Shown here in pieces: positions 43,866-53,797 of a stretch of DNA of 64,000 nucleotides; the first letter of the stretch is position 1, and every line of letters starts with the position of its first letter. The notes beneath the pieces are model-generated. The model was not told the origin of the DNA. It searched no databases and was given only the letters and a program-made list of their open reading frames with translations. The position numbers were made by a program, and so were the translations under genes. The stretch is from contig CAVTEP010000004.1 in assembly GCA_963733915.1 (NCBI GenBank), positions 112,758 through 176,757 on the forward strand. Reading direction: 5' to 3'. Source of the DNA: Candidatus Sulfomarinibacteraceae bacterium. Its GTDB lineage: Bacteria; Acidobacteriota; Thermoanaerobaculia; Thermoanaerobaculales; Sulfomarinibacteraceae.

Positions 43866-44028
43866 GTCCGCCCGGACGGCCGCACCACAAGAGCGACACC
43901 TGGGCCGGATTGTGGTGCGGGCGTCCCGCCCGCACATCTGGAATTGTCTGGCAACCGTGCGGCCGGGACGGCCGCACCACAAAAGCGACACCTGGGCCGG
44001 ATTGTGGTGCGGGCGTCCCGCCCGCACT
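43866..44028. repeat. Array of four REP-like hairpins arranged as two ~75-bp composite units
   Basis: The unit CGGCCGCACCACAA(A/G)AGCGACACCTGGGCCGGATTGTGGTGCGGGCGTCCCGCCCGCAC is repeated twice. Confidence 0.85.
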
Positions 44029-44173
44029 CTCCCTCGGCTCTCCACCCCGGAGCGCGGCGAACCTTCCCAAGTTCGTTGTCGAAAAATGAGATGAACGCGA
44101 TTTTTCAGTGGACGTTTTCGCGCTGAAGCACCACATTCCTCGCTGAGGAAGAAGTGTATAAAAAGAGGAACAC

Positions 44174-45550
44174 ATGAAATATTCAGATCTGGCGCTGGCC
44201 TGTGGCCTGACTCTCACCCTTGTGGCGCTGCCCGGCTCTCCGGTTCGGGCGGAGACCTATTACGTCGACGACGACAGCTGCCCCGGGCCAGGGGCCGGAA
44301 CGCCGGGCGATCCGTTCTGCAGCATCCAGTCGGGCATCGATGCGGCGTCCGCTGGAGACACGGTCCAGGTGGCCACCGGCACCTACCTCGAGAACATCAC
44401 GATGAAGAGCGGTGTCGTGATTCAGGGGGCGGGGCAGGGTGTCACCACCATCGACGGCGGCGGCAGCGGCTCCGTGGTGACCGCCAACGGCGTCGATTCC
44501 GCCGCGATGCTCGACGGGTTCACGATCACCAACGGTGACGCCGACGACGGCGGCGGGATGTACAACAACGGCTCGTCACCGACGGTGAGCAACTGCACCT
44601 TTTCCGGGAACACTGCCTTTTTTATGATCAATTTCGGGAGAGGCGGCGGGATGTTCAACCAGTCTTCCTCTCCGACGGTGACCAACTGCACCTTTTCCGC
44701 CAACGATGCCGAGGAACGCGGCGGCGGAATGTACAACGTGAACTCCTCACCGACGGTGAGAAACTGCACCTTTTCCGGGAACACCGCCCATCGGGGCGGT
44801 GGAATGTACAACGAGTCCTCGTCGCCGACGGTGACACGGTGCAGCTTCAACGGCAACTCTTCCACATTGAACCTGGGCGGCGGGATGGCCAACGATGGCT
44901 CCTCCCCGACGGTGAGCAGGTGCTCCTTCTTCGACAACGACGCTTACAACTACGGTGGCGGGATGGCCAACTTCAGCGGATCATCTCCGACTGTGGCCAG
45001 CTGCATCTTCTCCAAGAACCACACCGTTTTATACCCCGGCGGTGACGACATATCCAACCAGGGCTCGGGTTCATTGCCCACTGTGATCAACTGCACCTTC
45101 TATACCGAGGCCCTTCTCGGGTACATGATGTTCAACGAAAACTCCTCTCCGACGGTGACAAACTGCATATTCTGGGGATTTGGTGACCCCATCTGGAACA
45201 GCGGTACCTCAGCACCGACGGTGACCTTCAGCGTCGTGCCGTACAGCGGAACCGGCAACATCTGGGAAGACCCGACGTTCGTGGACTCGGTGAACGGAGA
45301 CTTTCATCTCCTGCCGTCTTCACCGTGCATCGATGCCGGGGACAACTCGCCTCCGGCCCTGCCCACCACCGACATCGATGGCGATAACCGCAGGATCGAC
45401 GATCCTGAGGTCGTCGACACCGGCTACGGGACGCCGCCGATCGTCGACATAGGGGCTGACGAGTTTAATCCGCCGACACCCATCTTTTCCGACGGCTTCG
45501 AGTCCGGCGACTGTACAGCCTGGTCGAACACGGTTGGCGAGGTGACCTGA
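44174..45550 (+). CDS. Secreted right-handed parallel beta-helix repeat protein
   Basis: Signal peptide. About 9 repeats of the GGGMxNxxSSPTVxNCTFSGN pattern, and a C-terminal DIDGDNR / IGADEF motif typical of this class. Confidence 0.8.
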   Translation: MKYSDLALACGLTLTLVALPGSPVRAETYYVDDDSCPGPGAGTPGDPFCSIQSGIDAASAGDTVQVATGTYLENITMKSGVVIQGAGQGVTTIDGGGSGSVVTANGVDSAAMLDGFTITNGDADDGGGMYNNGSSPTVSNCTFSGNTAFFMINFGRGGGMFNQSSSPTVTNCTFSANDAEERGGGMYNVNSSPTVRNCTFSGNTAHRGGGMYNESSSPTVTRCSFNGNSSTLNLGGGMANDGSSPTVSRCSFFDNDAYNYGGGMANFSGSSPTVASCIFSKNHTVLYPGGDDISNQGSGSLPTVINCTFYTEALLGYMMFNENSSPTVTNCIFWGFGDPIWNSGTSAPTVTFSVVPYSGTGNIWEDPTFVDSVNGDFHLLPSSPCIDAGDNSPPALPTTDIDGDNRRIDDPEVVDTGYGTPPIVDIGADEFNPPTPIFSDGFESGDCTAWSNTVGEVT

Positions 45551-45562
45551 CCGCGGCCTTCT

Positions 45563-45705
45563 TGTCATCCTGAGGGAGGTGGAGCCGACCGAAGGATCTG
45601 GGGGACGGGCAGCAGCGCGCTGACTTTCACTATTGTGGTGCGGGCGTCCCGCCCGCACATCTGGAAATGCTGACAACCGTGCGGCCGGGACGGCCGCACC
45701 ACAGA
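45563..45705. repeat. GTCATCCTGAG-family fragment + REP-like composite unit
   Basis: 45631-45705 is nearly identical to the unit at 43907-43982. Confidence 0.8.
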
Positions 45706-46026
45706 TACATTCAGTTCGACGAATCCAGACCACGGTCTTTTCGACGAGGCTCGATCCGATGGAGTGTGTCGAGATGAGATGTTATCGCAACACAGAGGCA
45801 GCCTCGGTTTGATTTTCCTCATCTCGATCCTTGTAACTTGCGATCAGCTTTCCTAAGATGCCCGCAGAGTCAACGGAAAAGCGATGTCTGAGACCTCACG
45901 TCTCGTCCGTGGAGGCCGGTTCGGCGACGCCGGCGAGGCGCGGTGCGTGGGTGCGTTCGTTCCTCGGTTGCCCGTGCGGTCGCCGACCGCGGGCTCGCCT
46001 CGAAACTCAACAGAAGGGGGGGTGCG

Positions 46027-46278
46027 ATGAATATTCCTGTGTTGGCGCTCGGTGCGCTCGTTGGTTGGTGCGGAACCCGGGGGCCGCGACCGCCGGGCCC
46101 CAGGGACCCCATCATCGGCATGATCGTTGGTGTCGTGGCGGTGGTGCTGTTCGGCTGGGCGCTGGGCTATGAGGCCATGCCTGCCGCGGCGGAAATCGTT
46201 GTCCTCTCGATCGCAGCATTCGCCGCCGCCAGGTTCGTGACCGACGTGGTGAACTTCGTCATCGGACCCAAGAACTAA
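46027..46278 (+). CDS. Small membrane protein (83 aa, two predicted TM helices)
   Basis: ATG 46027 after a G-rich RBS; hydrophobic segments. No family recognised. Confidence 0.4.
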   Translation: MNIPVLALGALVGWCGTRGPRPPGPRDPIIGMIVGVVAVVLFGWALGYEAMPAAAEIVVLSIAAFAAARFVTDVVNFVIGPKN

Positions 46279-46340
46279 CTCTGAGAGGGTCCGGGCGTTC
46301 GCCTCCGGGTGGCCCTCCACGGTGGACTGAGGGGCCTTCC

Positions 46341-48875
46341 GTGCCGCCGGGTCGACAGGTCCACGACAAGGGGAAAGCTGTGGAAACGACGAGTCGAGTC
46401 GGAACCACCGTCGGGCACATCCGCATCACCCGGTTTATCGGCGCGGGCGGCATGGGCGAGGTGTACGAGGGTTTTGACGAGACCCTGCGCCGCAAGGTGG
46501 CGGTCAAGACCATCGGCAGGAAGGCACGGCTCACGCCGACCGCGAAGGCCCGCTTTCTGCGCGAGGCCAGGGCGCTGTCGGCGCTGGATCATCCCCACAT
46601 CTGCAAGATCTACGATTACGTCGAGGGCGACGGGAGCGACTTCCTGGTGCTCGAGCACATCGAGGGCAGCAACCTGGCGGACGCCATTCAATCCGGTCTC
46701 GATCGAAATCTCAAGCTCAGAATCGCCGAGCAGATCGCCGGCGTGCTGGTTGCCGCACACGAGAAAGGAGTCGTGCACAGGGACATCAAACCCACCAACG
46801 TGATGCTGACTCGGGGTGGCAACGCCAAGGTCCTCGACTTCGGGCTGGCGCGCCTCGCCCAGCCCAAAGACCGGGGGCGGAAGCCGCTCGCGCTTCCAGC
46901 CATTCGGGGCCGGCCGAACAACGGGCGATCGACCCTGCGGAGCTCGAGGCTCCAACGATGGGCTTCACCGAGGCTGGGCAACTTCCGCCTCGGGAACCCG
47001 CCGCCGCAGAGTCGGGCCCGGACACCATCAGAACGATACGCGGCAGCGTCATGGGCACCCCGAGATACATGAGCCCCGAGCAAGCCCGGGGCGAGGTGGC
47101 GACCGCCGCCAGCGACATGTTCTCGTTCGGGTTGATGCTGCGCGAGCTCTTCACCGGGCGGCGGCCCGACGAAAGGGCGAGCGAATCCTCGGACTCGCCG
47201 GATGCGACCGAGCCGAAAAGGCCCCGGTCGATCCCGGGACTCAGCGGCGACCTGCGGGCGTTGATCGAACGGCTCGAGGCGCCGGCGCCGAGCGCCAGAC
47301 CTTCGGCCTCGGAAGCCCTCGATCGTCTGCGCTGGATCCGCGACCGACCAAAGCGGCGAACGCGCAGGATTCTCATCGCAGCCGCCATCGTTCTCGCGCT
47401 GGTCGGCGGGCTCAAGTACACCCTTGATCTCCGCCAGGAGCGGGCGCAGGCGATCGCGGCCCGTGACCAGGCGGAAGCGCTGGTGGATTTTCTGGTTGGT
47501 CTCTTCGAGGTCTCCGATCCGGGAGAGGCGCGCGGCCGGACGATCACCGCGCGGGAGATCCTCAGCCGGGGCGCGGACGAGGTGTCGGCGGAGCTCGGCG
47601 ACCAACCGGCGACCCAGGCCACGCTGATGGAGACGATCGGTGTCGTCTACACCAAGCTCGGTCTCTACGAGGAGGCGAGGCCTCTGCTGAATGCGTCCCT
47701 CGACCTGCGACGCGACGCCGTTGGCGGCGAAACGCTCGCAGCCGGCAGCAGCCTCCAGAGCCTGGCCGAACTGGATGACCGAACGGGGCTGTACGAGGAA
47801 GGGGAAGGGCTGGCCCGTCATTCGTTGGCGATCCGGGAGGCCGAGCTGGGTCCCGAGAGCCTCGACGTCGCCGAAAGCCTCGACGTTCTCGGCCGCTTGT
47901 CCGAACGGCAGGCGAAGTACGACGAGGCCGAGGCGGCATTCACCCGGGCGATCGCAATCCGCGAGAAGATACCTGGGCGCCGATCACCCGGTTGTGGCGG
48001 AGAGCCTGCGCGAGCTCGGAATCGTGTACCAACGGCAGAATCGACTCGAAGAGGCCGAGGCGTGCTACACGAGGGCGCTCGCCATCCGCGAGCAGGCGCT
48101 GGGCGAGGACCACCCGGAGGTCGGCGCGAGCGTCAACAGCCTCGCCTCGCTGTATTACCTCCAGGGCAGGGTGGAGGAGTCCGAGACCATGTATCGCCGG
48201 GCCCTCGAAATCCGCGAGAAAACCCTCGGACCCGATCATCCCGATGTCGCCCTGGCCCTCGACAACATCGCCTACTTCGATCAGATACAGGGACGAAACG
48301 ACGAGGCCGAGGCCAACTACCGCCGCGCACTCTCCATCCAGGAAAAGTCCCTCGGCCCTGACCACCCCGAGGTCGCCGAAACCCTGCGCCGGATCGGAGT
48401 GTTGTGTGCCGAGACCGGCCGGCCGGACGAGGCCGAACCGGCCTTTCGACGTGCGGTCGCGATCCTCGAGGTCGGCGAATTCGCAGACAGCCCGCAACTG
48501 GCGATGGCGCTGCTCGATCTTTCGAGTTTTCTGGACGACGAGGGCCACTATGTGGAGGCGGACGAGACCACCCGTCGCGCGCTCGATATCCAGGAACGGA
48601 CCCTCGCCGAAGACGACCCGGCGATCGCCGAGAGTTGCTTCGGTCTCGCCCACCTGCGCCACCGGCACTTCGACCGGCCCGACGAGGCCGTGCCGTTCTA
48701 CGCTCGCGCCGTCACCATCCTCGAAGACAAGGTCCCTGCGGACGACCCCTACCTGATCACGATCATCGCCGAATACGCGAAGCTGCTCCGCGAGCTCGAC
48801 CGCGATGACGAGGCGCTGGCCCTCGAAGAGCGAATCCCACCGGAGGTCGTGAGCGGCCCCTCGACCGTTCACTAG
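46341..48875 (+). pseudogene. Ser/Thr protein kinase - TM - TPR (TPR_12-like) protein, interrupted by two frameshifts
   Basis: Three consecutive track ORFs (46341-47072, 46958-48361, 47691-48875) carry, in order: kinase subdomains I-VII (GAGGMGEVY, HRDIKPTNVML, DFGLARL); subdomain VIII onward (GTPRYMSPEQ), a TM segment and the first TPRs; then the remaining TPRs. Frame changes lie at ~46860-46960 and 47966-47972. Confidence 0.8.
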
Positions 48876-48885
48876 CCCGCATATC

Positions 48886-50775
48886 TCAGCGGGTTTCGTC
48901 GCGAGGGCGACGAAGCAAACAAGACACGGGCGCCGCCGCCAGATCGGGCTTTTGCCATCCCGGATCGCCGACGTGGAGGTCGCGAGCTCGATTTTTCCTC
49001 AGTTCGACACGCAACACCGTACGCAGTCGTTCGATTGGCCCAGCGAGGTATAGCCGGCCGGGCACGACGCGGACTGGCTGCAGTAGTTCACCGCCCATCG
49101 CGCCGCACGACGGTGGCGACAGGCAGCACCGTGTGCAGTCGGACGACGGACCCAACGAGGTGTAGCCGCCCGGGCAGCTGGTGGTCTGGCTGCAGTAGTC
49201 ACCGCCCATTGCACCGCACGACGGCGCGCAGCCGCCGCAATAAATCGATTCCCCACAGTTGTCCGTCCGCCATCCACAGCTTCCGGGTGGGCACCCGGTC
49301 GAAGTACACGGTTGGGTCTTGCAGCACGGGTTGCAGTCGTAGGACACGCCGAGCGAGCTGTAGCCCGCCGGGCAGCTCCCGGTCTGGCTGCAGTAGTCGC
49401 CGCCCATCGCGCCGCAGGAGGGTGCGCAGTCGCCGCAGAAGATCTCCTCACCGCAGTTGTCGGTCTGCCACCCGCAGCTTCCGGGCGGGCACCCCGTCGA
49501 AGTACACGGTTGGGTCTTGCAGCACGGGTTGCAGTCGTAGGAGGCGCCGAGCGAGCTGTAGCCCGCCGGACAGCTCCCGGTCTGGCTGCAGTAATCGCCG
49601 CCCATCGCCCCGCAGCTTGGGAGCGACACACAGCAGTTCCTGCAGTCGAAGGTGGGGCCGAGCGAGTCGTAGCCCGCTGGGCAGCCGTCGAGATCGCTGC
49701 AGTAGTCACCACCGATCGATTCGCACTGGGTCGCGGTGCCCTCGAAGCAGCACGGGTTGCAGTCGCTCGTCAAACCCAGCGATGAAAAGCCATCCGGACA
49801 GCCACCGGTCTGGCTGCAATAGCTGCCGCCGATTTCGCCGCAGGTCGTCATCGGAACGTCGTCGGCCACCTCGAAGGCCAACGGCACGCTCGTCGGCCCC
49901 GCAGTCGTCGAGTTGAGCGCCTGAACGGTCCATGTGTGTTGGCCGGGGTCGAGGACCCGCGTCGGTGTGGACGCACACCACTGGGTGTTGCACTCGGGAA
50001 CCACAAGCTCGTCGATCACCGGGCCGGACTGGTCTGAAACGATCAACCGATAGTGGGTGACGTGTTTCAGATCCGCGGCCCAGGTGTAGGTTGGATTCCG
50101 CGTCCTCACAAAACCCGACGGGCTGATCGGCGTCGGTTGGCCGAGCTCACCGTTCCAGGCCTCGCAGTCTGAAGGCTCGCAGAGCACATGGGGGTTTGAA
50201 GGATCTGGACAGGTCTCCCAGAACCCGCCGAAGAACGCGTCCTCACGCTTGTCGGGGCTGAACGGCTGATAGAAATCCGTCTCGTTGCAATTGCTGCCGC
50301 AGGACAAGCTGTTATTGATCAATGCGCCGATGACCGCCTGAAAGGCCGGCACCTGGAACATCTCCTCCTCGTAGACACAGGCGTCCCAGACGCCGAGAAG
50401 CGACACCAGGAACGGGCCGGTATTGGGAGGACAGCTGTTCCCCGGGCAATTATCGGTTCCGCACGGGCTGTGCTTCGGATCGACATCGCCGCAGAACTGG
50501 CAGCACAGCACCTTGTCGTACACCGCAGTGCGGACGGGGGTGCCCAGCTCGCTGAAAAGACGGACACCGACACAGGTGGTGCAGTCGTGTCCCTCGTAAC
50601 AGTTACCGCCGCAGTCCTCGGATTTGAGGTCGCCGGTCACCGACAACGCAAACCGGAGACTCACCTTGTACTTCTGCGGGGGGTCCGCACCTTCGAGCGG
50701 AGCGGCCGACCAGCCGAGAACAACCGCGGCCAATACCAGGAAAAGCGCAAACCGAGGCGTGTTGCAACGACGCAT
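48886..50775 (-). CDS. Secreted cysteine-rich repeat protein (six CxxxGGxYCSxxxxCPxGYxSLGxxxDCxxCC modules); probable frameshift near the 3' end
   Basis: ATG is the complement of 50773-50775, after GAGGAGG. Signal peptide MRRCNTPRFALFLVLAAVVLGWSAAP. The last module switches frame at ~49087 (AA where the other modules have A); the corrected frame stops at 48999-49001. Confidence 0.75.
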   Translation of the reverse strand: MRRCNTPRFALFLVLAAVVLGWSAAPLEGADPPQKYKVSLRFALSVTGDLKSEDCGGNCYEGHDCTTCVGVRLFSELGTPVRTAVYDKVLCCQFCGDVDPKHSPCGTDNCPGNSCPPNTGPFLVSLLGVWDACVYEEEMFQVPAFQAVIGALINNSLSCGSNCNETDFYQPFSPDKREDAFFGGFWETCPDPSNPHVLCEPSDCEAWNGELGQPTPISPSGFVRTRNPTYTWAADLKHVTHYRLIVSDQSGPVIDELVVPECNTQWCASTPTRVLDPGQHTWTVQALNSTTAGPTSVPLAFEVADDVPMTTCGEIGGSYCSQTGGCPDGFSSLGLTSDCNPCCFEGTATQCESIGGDYCSDLDGCPAGYDSLGPTFDCRNCCVSLPSCGAMGGDYCSQTGSCPAGYSSLGASYDCNPCCKTQPCTSTGCPPGSCGWQTDNCGEEIFCGDCAPSCGAMGGDYCSQTGSCPAGYSSLGVSYDCNPCCKTQPCTSTGCPPGSCGWRTDNCGESIYCGGCAPSCGAMGGDYCSQTTSCPGGYTSLGPSSDCTRCCLSPPSCGAMGGELLQPVRVVPGRLYLAGPIERLRTVLRVELRKNRARDLHVGDPGWQKPDLAAAPVSCLLRRPRDETR

Positions 50776-51116
50776 GTGACCTCCTCGATCGTCCGGGCCG
50801 GCCGCGCGCGGCGCGATCGGCGTTCCCGTTTCTTTTTCTCGCAGCAACGTGAACAGATTATAGACCCGGCGGGGTGGTTCATGGGCGTTCCGCCGCACGG
50901 CGGGTCGTCCATTCCGATCCCGGAGGGTACCCAATGACTCGGACCCAAGGGCCTCGTGCTTTTGACTGAGAGTGGGACGCCTTTGCTATGGATGACGCCC
51001 AATTGTCATCCTGAGGAGGGCGGAGCCCGACGAAGGATCTGGGGGGAGGTCAGGATCACCTCGAATGACTGGCAACCAGCCTTGAAGCGGAAGCGTCCCG
51101 CCCGAGAATCTCCTGA

Positions 51117-51161
51117 AAACGCAACGTGAAAGTCCTGCGAATGAGGACCCATTACGAGTGA
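51117..51161 (+). pseudogene. Short 3' remnant of a YoeB-family toxin (..VKVLRMRTHYE*)
   Basis: Matches the last 11 codons of the YoeB at 54714-54980 and the remnant at 42012-42107. Confidence 0.5.
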
Positions 51162-52357
51162 GGGTCGGTCCATGGATAGCTCTGGATCTCTTTCCAGGGC
51201 AGTACCAGACCGCCAGACCGCTGCTGGCGGTCGCTGCCCCCGGACACCAGGACCCTCTGGACGCCCTCCGTTGGCGGCGGCACCGCTTCGCGGGCCAGCG
51301 ACGAGAATCGATCCAGGGACTCGAAGAACGACGGGTGAACGGTGGCGCCCGACTTCGCCTCCACCGCCACCACATCGCGGCCGCGGTCGATCACCAGGTC
51401 CACCTCGCGGCCCCGGTGGTCGCGCCAGTGGTGAAACTTCGAACGCACGCCCCGGTTGGCAAATGCCTTGCCGATCTCCGCCACGACCCATGACTCGAAC
51501 AGCGCGCCGCGCAGTGGGTGGCTCTTCAGCTCCTCCAGCTTTCGGATGCCGAGCAACCAGCAGGCCAGACCGCTATCGACGAAATGCAGCTTCGGAGCTT
51601 TGACAACCCGTTTGCGCAGGTTTCGATGCAACGGCGGCAGCCTTTGCACGACGTAGCCGGCCTCGAGGACTGACAGCCATGAGCGGGCGGTATTGTGGGA
51701 CACGCCAGCGCCCTCGCCGAGCGCCGTTTGGTTGACGAGGTTGGCGGTCTGCGAGGCGACGAGCTCGAGAAAGCCCTGAAAAGCCGCCAGATCGTTAACC
51801 GCCAGATGTTGACGAACGTCGCGTTCGACGTAGGTCCTGACATACGCGGCGAGCCATTGATCGGCCGGCACCGCGCGGTGGTGAATGGCCGGATAGCCGC
51901 CCTGCCACACGGCCTGCCAGAGATCGTCGACCGGCGACAACGCAACCCGCTCATTGATGTCGAGAGGCAGAAGCTCCACGAGGGCCGTGCGCCCGGCCAG
52001 CGACTGCGTGATTTCGGAACGAACGCCGAGGTTGACGGAACCCGTAAGCACGAAGCGGCCGGGTCGAGGGTCGTCGTCGACCATACCTTGCAGGTAGCTC
52101 GGCAGCTCGGGTGCCCGCTGCACCTCGTCGAGGATCGCCCCGCCGGCCAGCTCATTGAGCAATCCTCGCGGATCGTCGACCGCAAACCGGCGCTGATCCG
52201 GGTCCTCGAGCGAGACGTATCGCAGCTCCGGAAAGGCCATCCGGCAGAGGGTCGTTTTTCCTGACTGGCGAGGTCCGGTGACGGTCACAACTGGAAACGA
52301 CCGGGCCAGCTCGACGAGAGCCGGCTGGATGCGGCGCTCGATAATGTTTTTGGCCAT
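51152..52357 (-). CDS. AAA-family ATPase with DUF4143-type C-terminal domain (paralogue 1)
   Basis: Walker A GPRQSGKTTL and Walker B AILDEVQ, with a restriction-endonuclease-like C-terminus (EVDLVI ... AVEAK). Start is the complement of 52355-52357. Confidence 0.85.
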   Translation of the reverse strand: MAKNIIERRIQPALVELARSFPVVTVTGPRQSGKTTLCRMAFPELRYVSLEDPDQRRFAVDDPRGLLNELAGGAILDEVQRAPELPSYLQGMVDDDPRPGRFVLTGSVNLGVRSEITQSLAGRTALVELLPLDINERVALSPVDDLWQAVWQGGYPAIHHRAVPADQWLAAYVRTYVERDVRQHLAVNDLAAFQGFLELVASQTANLVNQTALGEGAGVSHNTARSWLSVLEAGYVVQRLPPLHRNLRKRVVKAPKLHFVDSGLACWLLGIRKLEELKSHPLRGALFESWVVAEIGKAFANRGVRSKFHHWRDHRGREVDLVIDRGRDVVAVEAKSGATVHPSFFESLDRFSSLAREAVPPPTEGVQRVLVSGGSDRQQRSGGLVLPWKEIQSYPWTDPHS

Positions 52358-52391
52358 GTACAAATTGTAAATCAAATTTCCAATTTGTACA
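52357..52391. promoter_or_regulatory. Perfect 11-bp inverted repeat TGTACAAATTG-N13-CAATTTGTACA overlapping the -35 and the start codon of the ATPase gene
   Basis: Arms at 52357-52367 and 52381-52391. On the minus strand the promoter reads TTGTAC-17-TACAAT-6-ATG. Confidence 0.55.
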
Positions 52392-52408
52392 AATGCCGGC
52401 GACGAACC

Positions 52409-52489
52409 CGAATCATCTACGCGTATGAGGGTGCCGAGCTTTTGATCTCGGTCGTGCGCATGGGTCACCGCCGCGAGGTCTACCGGCAG
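52409..52489 (+). pseudogene. 3' remnant of a RelE/ParE-family toxin gene
   Basis: RIIYAYEGAELLISVVRMGHRREVYRQ matches the typical RelE/ParE C-terminus (RIIY ... V.I...HR.E.Y). No upstream part. Confidence 0.55.
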
Positions 52490-52636
52490 CCAGGTCGCGA
52501 GGGCGGCGAAGCGCACGTATCAGCTGGGATTGATATTGCCGATCCGGGACCTTATCGACGCCCTGTTGGTCCCCATTTCGCACCGAATCATGAAAATCCG
52601 TCATGCCATGATGGAATTTCATGGTAATATTTCAGC

Positions 52637-53797
52637 ATGATCCATCGAAAATCCATCGTGAATACCTTGAAGAACGCCCTCAATCGCAGTCGCGTTGTGG
52701 TGTTGGTCGGTCCGCGGCAATGCGGCAAGACAACGCTGGCACGGCAGCTGCTCTCAGAGGATTCCGTCAATTATTTTGACCTCGAGGACCCTGCCGGCCT
52801 GGCACGGTTGGATGAGCCGATGACGGCGCTCGGCCCTCTGCGGGGCCTGGTCGTGATCGACGAGGTGCAGCGGCGACCCGACCTCTTTCCGGTGCTGCGG
52901 GTACTGGTCGACCGCAACGACAGTGAAGTACGCTTCCTGATTCTCGGCAGCGCCTCTGGTGATCTGATGCGGCAAACCTCCGAAAGCCTGGCCGGCCGGA
53001 TGGAACGCGTGACGATCGGCGGCTTTTCGATGTCAGAGCTCGGGGCGGAGGTGGAGCAGACGTTGTGGCTGCGCGGTGGTTTTCCTTTGTCCTATCTGGC
53101 GCCGACCGAAGCCGAAAGCGATGCGTGGAGGAGGAGTTTCATCCAGACCCTGCTGGAACGCGATTTTCCCCAGTGGGGGGTCCGCGTCCCGGCAGTTTCC
53201 CTCCAGCGTTTCTGGACCATGCTTGCGCACTATCACGGTCAGGCCTGGAGTGCGGCAGAACCCGCCAGAGCTCTTGGGGTGAGCGAATCCACCACCCGTC
53301 GCCACCTCGATCTGCTGACGGACGCACTCATGGTCCGCCAGCTGCAGCCCTATCACGTCAATATTCGCAAGCGGCAAGTCAAAGCCCCCAAGATCTTTGT
53401 ACGCGACAGCGGTCTCCTCCATCAGCTTCTCGGAGTCGACTCGCTCAAATCACTGATGACGCACCCGAAGGTGGGAGCCTCATGGGAAGGATTCGTGATC
53501 GAGCAGGTGCTGACGGCGGTTGGTCATGATGACGCGTTTTTCTGGGGCACGCACCAGGGGGCGGAGATCGATCTGGTGCTTCGCCGGGGCGGTGAACTCC
53601 TGGGGGTGGAGTGCAAGCGCACCGATGCGCCGCGCATGACGCCCTCTATCAGAGTTGCACTGGAGGACCTGGAGTTGGCGAGAGTCGCCGTGTTGTACCC
53701 CGGATCGAAGCGGTATCCCATTGCCGAGAATGTGGAAGCGGTGCCCCTGCGCACGATCGGCGAGGGAGAGGAAATATTCGGCGAGAGCCCCCCATGA
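52637..53797 (+). CDS. AAA-family ATPase with DUF4143-type C-terminal domain (paralogue 2)
   Basis: GPRQCGKTTL, VVIDEVQ and EIDLVL ... GVECK. Confidence 0.85.
   Translation: MIHRKSIVNTLKNALNRSRVVVLVGPRQCGKTTLARQLLSEDSVNYFDLEDPAGLARLDEPMTALGPLRGLVVIDEVQRRPDLFPVLRVLVDRNDSEVRFLILGSASGDLMRQTSESLAGRMERVTIGGFSMSELGAEVEQTLWLRGGFPLSYLAPTEAESDAWRRSFIQTLLERDFPQWGVRVPAVSLQRFWTMLAHYHGQAWSAAEPARALGVSESTTRRHLDLLTDALMVRQLQPYHVNIRKRQVKAPKIFVRDSGLLHQLLGVDSLKSLMTHPKVGASWEGFVIEQVLTAVGHDDAFFWGTHQGAEIDLVLRRGGELLGVECKRTDAPRMTPSIRVALEDLELARVAVLYPGSKRYPIAENVEAVPLRTIGEGEEIFGESPP

Noticed and set aside
43866-44028. Regularly spaced GC-rich repeats that might suggest a CRISPR array
   Set aside because: There are only two composite units. 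The spacers are themselves repeated (AGCGACACCTGGGCCGGAT occurs twice). The repeats are strong palindromes in alternating orientation, the same element occurs singly at many other intergenic sites, and there are no cas genes. It is a REP/BIME-like element, not CRISPR.
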